Shown here piece after piece: positions 54,247 to 61,709 of a stretch of DNA of 64,000 nucleotides. The notes below the pieces were generated by a model that searched no databases, had not been told where the DNA came from, and worked only from the letters and a program-made list of their open reading frames with translations. The position numbers were made by a program, and so were the translations under genes. Within the stretch, counting starts at the first letter, position 1. Each line of letters begins with the position of its first letter. The stretch covers positions 203,321 to 267,320 of IMG/VR virus record IMGVR_UViG_3300046542_000227; one strand, given 5' to 3'.

Positions 54247-56325
54247 ATGTATTCCCAGACCGGCGTCCAACTTCCAGTGAACCCATCCCAAGTGGATGGT
54301 AGCTGCTTTAACCAACAGTTACCTCAGGGTAACGATGCATGGCCACAGGTTAACTTTAACCCAGGTGCCGATACCCAAGTCGGTAGCTACGCCATCGCCC
54401 TGTTCCGTACCTACGCACAAACCCGTGCCCAGAAAACCCCGATCCATTGCTTCTGCTACAACCTGCTGCAGATGAACGGTTTCAGTAACCAGTTCTGGCA
54501 GACGTGGTGTCAGTACGTGGTTGACTTCGCTGACTTCTTGATGCGTGGGCAGAACCAGCCGCCGCAACAAGCAGCGGATAAAGCCGCTAGCCGGATCTAC
54601 CAGTCGATGTTGGCGTCAGTAGCGCAACAGTACCCTGCTGTTAAGCAGATGCTGGATGCGCAAACCCAAGCTGGTTTACAAGATGCGTTGGTGGTAGCGA
54701 ACAACATCACCAACGACATCAACAACTTCAAAGCCCGCATGGCAGGCGGGATGGGTGTGGGTGGTCCAGGTGTAGGTATGGGTGGCGTTGGCATGGCTGG
54801 TGGCGGTAACCCGTCACACACCCAGCATGTGAATGCCTTTGCGGTATCGGGTATTGGTCAATCTACCAATACCTTCAACAACCCAGCAGCACCAGAAGCT
54901 ACCGGTTCGGCCGGCATGTTGTTGATGGGTGATGCCGCCAAAGCAGAACCAAGCAAGCCTACGTCGAGCTGGGGTGCGAATACCAGCTCGCAGATCCAGC
55001 AGCAACCTCAGCGTCCAGCACAAGGCTTTGCACCACAAGCTGGTGCCGCAGCGGCCGCTCCACACAAAGGTGACGCTTCTGATGTCATCGACCACATCCA
55101 CGTAGCACCGATCTCGGTTGAAGACATTAAAGTTGATCCTAACTTCTATGTACCGAAAGGTCTGGTGGTGAACCCTGCGCGTCCATTCGACAACATCCGT
55201 AACCCGGGTGGCGTTGAGATCCGTCCGGCCTACCAGGTGCCTAAGTGGAAACGGACCGTCGGTAGCGACGTGCCTTACGCCAAGTTGTACAACCCGAACA
55301 CCCACATCTGCTTCCTGGCAAAATGGGTTGATGGCATTATTAAGGAGGTCGTTGTGCCTATCACTCCAGAAATGGATTACCTCAAGCACGAAATCAATGA
55401 GGAGCTACGCCGTAAGGCCATGCGTCCAAAAGGGATTGTCGTGCCTTTGGCGAAGTACTCGACGTCGGAAGACAAAACTGTCAAGACCATCGAGCAGACC
55501 AAAGAAGCATTGGCCGACGGTAGCGTCGTAGCAGCGCATCTGAGCCCGGTCGCACTGGAAGGTTACATCACCGGTACGACCGATCTGGAAAACGAAGCCA
55601 TGGCGCGTAGCCAGGTTATCGAAGCCCTGGGTCTGAGCAAAGAAGATCCGGTTCCTCCGCATGAGTACATCACTGCACGCATGCATGAACTGGACATCAC
55701 CGAAGCCTGCTACGAAAAGCTGTACGAGATCAGCAAGTTCACTACGCCGGCTGAAGTTGTAGCCGCGCTGAAAGTACTGGTTGAATCGGGCGAGCTGTCG
55801 CTGCGTTACTTCACCTTCATCAACAAGCGTCTGACTGACGCGGTTAACGACTTCCTGCGTGATAGCCTGTCGATCGAGAAGATCGCAATCGGCGATTACT
55901 TTGAAGATGCGGTGGAGCTGGGTCCATACCTGACCAAGAAACGTGGCCAGGAATACCAGACCACCTACGAAGGCAACACTGCTTCGATCGTTGGCCGTAG
56001 CCTGTGGGTTGCTTGTGAAGAATCCGATGCGGCAGAAGGTGAAGCTGTAGTCAAGAACTACGGCATCCTCGATGAGTACCTGAACTTCCAGCTGGGCCTG
56101 CCTAGCGAAGAGCTCTCCAACCTCAACCTGTCTGAAGAAGCGTGTCTGGTGACTCCACATTCGCATCAGCATTTGATCACTGCCCTGCGTGCAATGGCCG
56201 AACGTGCCACCAACAGCGGCACGATCACTCGCGCTCGTCTGCGGATCATCACCAGCGATGGCTTCTACTACAACGTCATCGTCGGCAAGCTGGTCAAAGG
56301 TGCCTTGCTGTTGAAGAAGGCGTAA
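54247..56325 (+). CDS. Conserved jumbo-phage protein following the nvRNAP subunit, with a Gly/Met/Gln low-complexity linker
   Basis: 692 aa; GGAG RBS; MDYLKHE motif. Confidence 0.75.
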   Translation: MYSQTGVQLPVNPSQVDGSCFNQQLPQGNDAWPQVNFNPGADTQVGSYAIALFRTYAQTRAQKTPIHCFCYNLLQMNGFSNQFWQTWCQYVVDFADFLMRGQNQPPQQAADKAASRIYQSMLASVAQQYPAVKQMLDAQTQAGLQDALVVANNITNDINNFKARMAGGMGVGGPGVGMGGVGMAGGGNPSHTQHVNAFAVSGIGQSTNTFNNPAAPEATGSAGMLLMGDAAKAEPSKPTSSWGANTSSQIQQQPQRPAQGFAPQAGAAAAAPHKGDASDVIDHIHVAPISVEDIKVDPNFYVPKGLVVNPARPFDNIRNPGGVEIRPAYQVPKWKRTVGSDVPYAKLYNPNTHICFLAKWVDGIIKEVVVPITPEMDYLKHEINEELRRKAMRPKGIVVPLAKYSTSEDKTVKTIEQTKEALADGSVVAAHLSPVALEGYITGTTDLENEAMARSQVIEALGLSKEDPVPPHEYITARMHELDITEACYEKLYEISKFTTPAEVVAALKVLVESGELSLRYFTFINKRLTDAVNDFLRDSLSIEKIAIGDYFEDAVELGPYLTKKRGQEYQTTYEGNTASIVGRSLWVACEESDAAEGEAVVKNYGILDEYLNFQLGLPSEELSNLNLSEEACLVTPHSHQHLITALRAMAERATNSGTITRARLRIITSDGFYYNVIVGKLVKGALLLKKA

Positions 56326-56387
56326 GTTCTACCTGAGCGCTGCTGTCTGGTCTGGGGAGCAGTGCTTACTTCGTGACGTCTTGTCAC

Positions 56388-56420
56388 ACCCCCTCTCTTC
56401 GGGGAGGGGGCTTTATTCCG
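56388..56420 (+). terminator. Hairpin CCCCCTCTC-TTCG-GGGAGGGGG plus CTTTATT
   Basis: Direct inspection. Confidence 0.7.
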
Positions 56421-56453
56421 TCTAACTGAAATATTCCTGATAGGAGTTATCCC

Positions 56454-57335
56454 ATGTCGTCTACTCAACACGTGAACACCCAGCAATCCCGTATGGCCAA
56501 TATCCTGAGCAACCTGCCGTTCTTCACTCCGGAAGAGCTGAGTCAGAAAGCTGAACCGATGAAGATCTACACCGGCAAACCGATTAGCCAACGTACGCTC
56601 AGTGCCAATCCAGCATGGGATGAAGTGCGTCCACGCTTTGAAGTACCGCAAGGGTTCTTCTCCCGTCCACGTCCGGAGCATCGGTTGGATAAGCTGTTGA
56701 TTGACTCACCTGCCCACAAGGCACTGGCTGCGCGATTGTTCAAACCTGCGGAACATTATGACAACACGCCGCCGGCTTGCAACATTGATTCGGGCTATCT
56801 CACAATGCCAGACTTGGCACTGTACCCATTGGACCCACATCGCTTCGGCGATACCCAACCTGCACCTGAAGACCTGACATTCGGGTTTACTGCTGAAGAG
56901 CTCATGGAGGAATACATGGAAAACCAACAACCTGAAATAGTGGCGACTGACGTTGCAGTAGCTGATGTGCTGCAGATCGAAGACGACTTTGTTCATCAAC
57001 TGGTTCGCCCATCCTGCCTGGTTACTCAAGCAGTCACCCTGCTGCGTTTGCTGGAAGACGACATCCGCATGATGGAATCGGTTCGCACCATGACCATCAA
57101 CGATGCCCTGACTCAGAACTCTGAACGTGTCTGGGGTTCCAAGCTCAATGCATTGGTTAACACCAACCACTGCAAGCTGGCACAAGTGCTGCATGAAATC
57201 AAACGTACCGGCAAAACCGTGAAGCTGCAAGAAGCACTGGATCGGATGGACTACAGCAACGCCTACAACCATGACACCCAGGTCCTCAGCCTGCGTCATA
57301 AGAACCATGCCAAGTATGGCATGATCACGATCTAA
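56454..57335 (+). CDS. Hypothetical protein (293 aa)
   Basis: TAGGAG RBS. Confidence 0.75.
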   Translation: MSSTQHVNTQQSRMANILSNLPFFTPEELSQKAEPMKIYTGKPISQRTLSANPAWDEVRPRFEVPQGFFSRPRPEHRLDKLLIDSPAHKALAARLFKPAEHYDNTPPACNIDSGYLTMPDLALYPLDPHRFGDTQPAPEDLTFGFTAEELMEEYMENQQPEIVATDVAVADVLQIEDDFVHQLVRPSCLVTQAVTLLRLLEDDIRMMESVRTMTINDALTQNSERVWGSKLNALVNTNHCKLAQVLHEIKRTGKTVKLQEALDRMDYSNAYNHDTQVLSLRHKNHAKYGMITI

Positions 57336-57340
57336 AGAAT

Positions 57341-57389
57341 GCGACATAAGCCCCTCCCGTCTGGGAGGGGCTGTATGCCGTTTTTTCTT
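57341..57389. terminator. Bidirectional CATA-hairpin-TATG element
   Basis: CGACATAAGCCCCTCCC-GTCT-GGGAGGGGCTGTATGCCGTTTTTTCTTT. Confidence 0.85.
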
Positions 57390-58127
57390 TTACCAATCCA
57401 TGAAGGTTGGTGGGTTCTTCAACCAGTCTTCCATCGAAGCCATGTAGTTGTTAGGCGGCACGTAGTCGAAGTCAGCTTTGGAGATCTGCTTGACAATGTA
57501 CTGCTTATCACTGTCCCACGACTTGACGTTACTGGTAGGCTCAGGCCCTTTGATTTCCCAGTAGCCTTTGGTCAGCTTAATGTTCTTACTGAACAGTAGC
57601 GTATCCTCCAGCACTTCTACCAACAGTGTCATGACCTTGAATGGTAGCTTCCCAGGACGACCAATCAGCAACACGTCCTTATAGAAGCAGCGCGCTGTTT
57701 TGATGGGTACGTAAGTCTGGGTATCGGCGGAGTACGCCACCAACCAACGTTCGTCAGATTGCTTCTGGTCAAAGAGTAGTTTGGTGTTAGGCACTAGCGA
57801 CAAGGGTGTATCAAAACGATACACGATCATTCGCTGCAACAGATCACCATTCTTCTTTTCATCCGGCCAGTAGAAGTTATTCCAGCCCTGTACGTAACCA
57901 ATCAAGCAACCCAACAGACTGGGTGCGGTAGACACCCGAGCTACCGAGCGGTTCTCGTTGTTCCCAGTACGCTGCGTTACCGAAGGAACAAAGCCTTTGA
58001 TTACATGGTTAGTCGATACATGCATCAGCGGTCCAGGCAGCTCTTCTGCTCCGACCACCCTTACTCCGTTTTGAACATGACTTGGCTGAAGGCTCAAGTA
58101 TGTGTTCATCTCTCTACGTGTGGCCAT
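57390..58127 (-). CDS. Putative virion protein, possible ADP-ribosyltransferase-like fold
   Basis: LMHVS...FVPS...ENRSVARVSTAPSLLGCL...SDERWLV; C-terminal ASME site. Confidence 0.5.
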   Translation of the reverse strand: MATRREMNTYLSLQPSHVQNGVRVVGAEELPGPLMHVSTNHVIKGFVPSVTQRTGNNENRSVARVSTAPSLLGCLIGYVQGWNNFYWPDEKKNGDLLQRMIVYRFDTPLSLVPNTKLLFDQKQSDERWLVAYSADTQTYVPIKTARCFYKDVLLIGRPGKLPFKVMTLLVEVLEDTLLFSKNIKLTKGYWEIKGPEPTSNVKSWDSDKQYIVKQISKADFDYVPPNNYMASMEDWLKNPPTFMDW

Positions 58128-58164
58128 CTCACACCCAATGATAAGTTACGAATCATAAAATACG

Positions 58165-58199
58165 TGCATAGACCCTCCCGGTTAGGGGAGGGCTTATGG
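58165..58199. terminator. CATA-hairpin-TATG element
   Basis: GCATAGACCCTCCC-GGTTAG-GGGAGGGCTTATGG. Confidence 0.75.
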
Positions 58200-58631
58200 T
58201 TACCCAGCGAAGGGCAGGACGATCGTTAGGTTAGGCACAAACATCAGGCTGTTGTTACGCCCTTGTAGTGTGGCACTAACAGAACCCGGTACGAGCGCGT
58301 AGCTCACGATATCATCCGGGTCGTAGGGTAGACTGTACTTACCGTAGAACGCCACTAGGGCATCACGTAAGGTGGGGTAGTCAGCGGCTTTACCGGGGAG
58401 GGCATGACCTGCGAAGTGATCGTAGATCCGAACCCGGTTATAGTAGTGCGTATCACTGCCAGTGTAGTCATTGCCGCTAGCCGTTACCAGAATCCGGGTA
58501 TTGGTTGTGCCTTGTAACCACACTTCAGGATTGCCGAACGTAACGTCAGCTACCTTGAGGGGTGGCTTCATGCTACTGTTGGCATTGATCGCCCGCACCA
58601 GAGCGTCTTTAGGAGCTTCGATGTAGAGCAT
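58200..58631 (-). CDS. Virion structural protein (baseplate/fibre family)
   Basis: LV..IN..., V.FG.P..., NT.I.V.A...Y.G....YNR pattern; GAGG RBS. Confidence 0.65.
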   Translation of the reverse strand: MLYIEAPKDALVRAINANSSMKPPLKVADVTFGNPEVWLQGTTNTRILVTASGNDYTGSDTHYYNRVRIYDHFAGHALPGKAADYPTLRDALVAFYGKYSLPYDPDDIVSYALVPGSVSATLQGRNNSLMFVPNLTIVLPFAG

Positions 58632-58638
58632 GTTGGCC

Positions 58639-59511
58639 TCAATCGTAATGAAGGAGTAAGGAGCCCGCAAGAGCCGTACAGCGCGCTGGGTCGATACGCA
58701 GTACTATGAGGTTCCTTTTGTCCGTTCGTGGCGTGTAGAGCTTAATAGGAGGCCCTGCGTAGAGGATCTCGAATGTAGGCACGATACCTTTGAGTTTTGT
58801 GCAGAGATTCCACGTACTCGGAGCATCTTGACAACGCCAGTCGTCTCCCGTCACTTGCAACAGGACGTTAGCCAAACGTTGTGGGGTCACTCCATTCGGG
58901 CTATCGATCAACGCACCCATGTCGTAACGGAACTTAGTAAAGTCATAACGAGCTCCGTAAACGAAGTCCGCTACACGACCTACCTGCCCCAATGAACGAA
59001 ACACCAAAGGGGCTGACTTCACGTTGAGTGCTGAGGCCAGAGTACGCTTGAGGGTATTGACCAACGATACTTTCAACGAACCAACCCAGCGCAGGCTAGT
59101 TGGCTTACTGACCAGTGTAGCATTGCCGTAGTTCGACACTTCTAACTGTTCAAAGTCATCGATGTCAAACACCACACCAGTTAACACACTCAAACGATCG
59201 AGGATGGCTTGGCCTGTGGTCGGCATGGTCAGGCCATCGATCACCAGAGCCTCTGTCGCGGTACGGAAGAAGCTATCGGGATCTAGTCGGGTGTAGGTAT
59301 ACTCCAAGAGCTTGGGCAGCGCAGGGAGGATCTGAGCACTGGAGGTCGAACGATTCGTCCGGATAGTCACCTTGGTGGCGAGACCACCAAGGGACACCAG
59401 TGCCTCTAAAGAACAGTTGGCAGGTTCCAGACTCAGGTACGTGCGATCAGAGATCATCGTAACCAAGCCAAAGAACGGGTCCATGCTCAAATAGCGGCGA
59501 ACATCAAACAT
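58639..59511 (-). CDS. Virion structural protein (gp127-like)
   Basis: YTYTRLD, SLRWVGSL, C..LAG.LLLHYD; same domain family as its neighbour. Confidence 0.65.
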   Translation of the reverse strand: MFDVRRYLSMDPFFGLVTMISDRTYLSLEPANCSLEALVSLGGLATKVTIRTNRSTSSAQILPALPKLLEYTYTRLDPDSFFRTATEALVIDGLTMPTTGQAILDRLSVLTGVVFDIDDFEQLEVSNYGNATLVSKPTSLRWVGSLKVSLVNTLKRTLASALNVKSAPLVFRSLGQVGRVADFVYGARYDFTKFRYDMGALIDSPNGVTPQRLANVLLQVTGDDWRCQDAPSTWNLCTKLKGIVPTFEILYAGPPIKLYTPRTDKRNLIVLRIDPARCTALAGSLLLHYD

Positions 59512-59525
59512 ACGAGGGTCCTACG

Positions 59526-61682
59526 TTAAGGCCAGTTAGGATCGGTGGAGTTGGTGTATTGATCCATCTGACCGTTCTCGATTGGGGTTTCATCAAAGAC
59601 CAGTTTGTAGCCACGAATACCCACCGACTCAATATCAAACCGGTAATTACCAATCTGACCGTAGAGTTCTTTCATGTCCACCATTGGGTTGATGAAGTAT
59701 GCAGCACCGATCTCAGTGGTCACTGTGACATCTGGATCGATTACTTCAGCCGGTAGTGCGAAGTCAGTGGTCACATCAGCATGCATGTGACGGATGGTGA
59801 TGTCGACAATGTCGATCTTCTTGTAGTCCGAAGTCTCACCCCACTGATCACCGAAGCGAGTGTCCAACATACCCACTACAGTAAAGTCAGTGAAGGCTAC
59901 GTTGTGCATGAACTGCAATGGGTAAGACGACAGACCAGCAATCAGCGACAGCAGCTCACGCTGTACTTCACCGAGGGTCACCACTTTAACCAAGTTCGAA
60001 CCGGTAGCAATGTTGATGCAGTCGGTTAGCAACTGTTCGAGTTCAAAGACATCAAGGTCAGCGATCTCAAACTGGTTGTCAGTGAAGTACTGTTCAAAGC
60101 TGATGACTTCCTCTACCAACGGGCAGCGGACGTGCATGAAGTTACGGCGCACCACTTGCTCAGCGTAAGCACGAGCCATGTAGTGTTCTTGGAAGCTGTA
60201 GAGCTCCCAAAGCTTCAGGTACTCTTTGTGCAGCACCGCACAGTCTTGGTAGAAGCGTTCAGTCGAGATGTACTCGGTCATCGGTGTGATCCGATCCATG
60301 ATCGCTTGGATCATGCCATCACGCAAACCACCTTTGGGTACGATCGATTGCAGTTCGTCATAGGTCGGCAGTGGACTACGCAACACGTCTACTGCTTGCA
60401 ATGCTGGGATCGTTGGGAAGTCGTAACCGTAGATCTTGCCTACAGCGAACGTCGCTACAATCAACGCATCCTTAACCGTCATCGACATGTACTCACCCGA
60501 ACGTGGGTGTGGAATCTGTACATAAGCCCGATAGCGAGAATGCGAAGCCAGATAGGCCCAGTGATGCATCAGTACGTGCAGCAGGTTACGCACGGAGCTG
60601 TTACTGCGGTCGATTACTTCAGAGTCCAGGACCTTCGTCGGCATGTTACCAAAGCCCGACATCTTGACTTTCTCAGTGATCTCCACTTCAGCGTCGTAAG
60701 CCACCTTAAGGTTGTCACGAGCCAGAGTCGATTCCCGATCCAGTACGTTAGCCACAGTCGCCTTTTCATTGCCTGGTGTCACGCTGCGCATGTTGATGTC
60801 ATGCTTGACCATCTCCACGTCAGAGTAGACGTGCTCAGGCATGTTCTCAGTATTCTGGTTAATACTGTAGCGGATCAACGGAATCCCACGCGGGGTCAGG
60901 AGCTTATTGACCAGTCGGTCAAAGATCTCTTGCTTGCCCGGGTTCTTCATAATGAAACGGATGTTCCGATACAACCAGAGCTGCTGGGATTTGTTCAGAT
61001 ACGGCAGGTACTTATCCAGCCGACCGTGGGACGCGAGGTACTCACGGATGTGGAAACTGTGAGCACGACGGGTATTGCAGTTCTTCCACCGTAGGTTCTC
61101 GATGGCCTTCGGCATGTTCAGGTACAACTGGCCGATGTAGTTCTGCAACAGCAGGTCGTCGGTGTTCAGGTAGGCTTCGTTGAACCAGCGCAGCTGATAG
61201 GCGTTGAGCCAAACCTGCAGTTCACGGATCAGGTTGTCCTCGTTGGCTTCGACCAGCGAAGCATCATAGTACAAAATAACCCCATTATTTGAGTTTATAG
61301 CCACCTGTGGATCCACAGGAGCAATGATCCCTTTAATCAGGTCAACTTGTTGAGGATACTTGGCCACGAGGTTGTTGTAGTAGACTGTACCGTACTGATA
61401 CTCCCGAGCAGTCGCTCGGTGATAACGCAGATTCTCTTTGGTGAACTCGATAACTTCACGAGTGTCCATAGAGCGAACCGTCATCATGGTGTCAGCGGCG
61501 TGGTAGATACCCGCCAAGTTCAGGTAGTATTTCCAGCTCGACGGATCCTCCAAGTCGACCACGTAGTTTCGACTAAGTAGGTCGGCATTGATAACGTCAG
61601 CAGTGTGGCTGGACTTAATTACGATCGACCTGACCAAGCGAAAGATTTCATTCCGATACGAAATGTAATTAAACTGACTCAT
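59526..61682 (-). CDS. Virion structural protein, probable baseplate wedge (phiKZ gp128-like)
   Basis: SWKYYLNLAGIYH, SMDTREVIEFTKENL, AHSFHIREYLASHG, LWLYRNI; likely ATG at 61682. Confidence 0.75.
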   Translation of the reverse strand: MSQFNYISYRNEIFRLVRSIVIKSSHTADVINADLLSRNYVVDLEDPSSWKYYLNLAGIYHAADTMMTVRSMDTREVIEFTKENLRYHRATAREYQYGTVYYNNLVAKYPQQVDLIKGIIAPVDPQVAINSNNGVILYYDASLVEANEDNLIRELQVWLNAYQLRWFNEAYLNTDDLLLQNYIGQLYLNMPKAIENLRWKNCNTRRAHSFHIREYLASHGRLDKYLPYLNKSQQLWLYRNIRFIMKNPGKQEIFDRLVNKLLTPRGIPLIRYSINQNTENMPEHVYSDVEMVKHDINMRSVTPGNEKATVANVLDRESTLARDNLKVAYDAEVEITEKVKMSGFGNMPTKVLDSEVIDRSNSSVRNLLHVLMHHWAYLASHSRYRAYVQIPHPRSGEYMSMTVKDALIVATFAVGKIYGYDFPTIPALQAVDVLRSPLPTYDELQSIVPKGGLRDGMIQAIMDRITPMTEYISTERFYQDCAVLHKEYLKLWELYSFQEHYMARAYAEQVVRRNFMHVRCPLVEEVISFEQYFTDNQFEIADLDVFELEQLLTDCINIATGSNLVKVVTLGEVQRELLSLIAGLSSYPLQFMHNVAFTDFTVVGMLDTRFGDQWGETSDYKKIDIVDITIRHMHADVTTDFALPAEVIDPDVTVTTEIGAAYFINPMVDMKELYGQIGNYRFDIESVGIRGYKLVFDETPIENGQMDQYTNSTDPNWP

Positions 61683-61709
61683 TGACTTTATCCGTAAGAG
61701 GTGGAAGTA

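Noticed and set aside
2324-58199. Dispersed hairpin repeats as a CRISPR array or IS/MITE ends
   Set aside because: Not regularly spaced; no spacers, cas or transposase genes, or target duplications; always located at gene ends.
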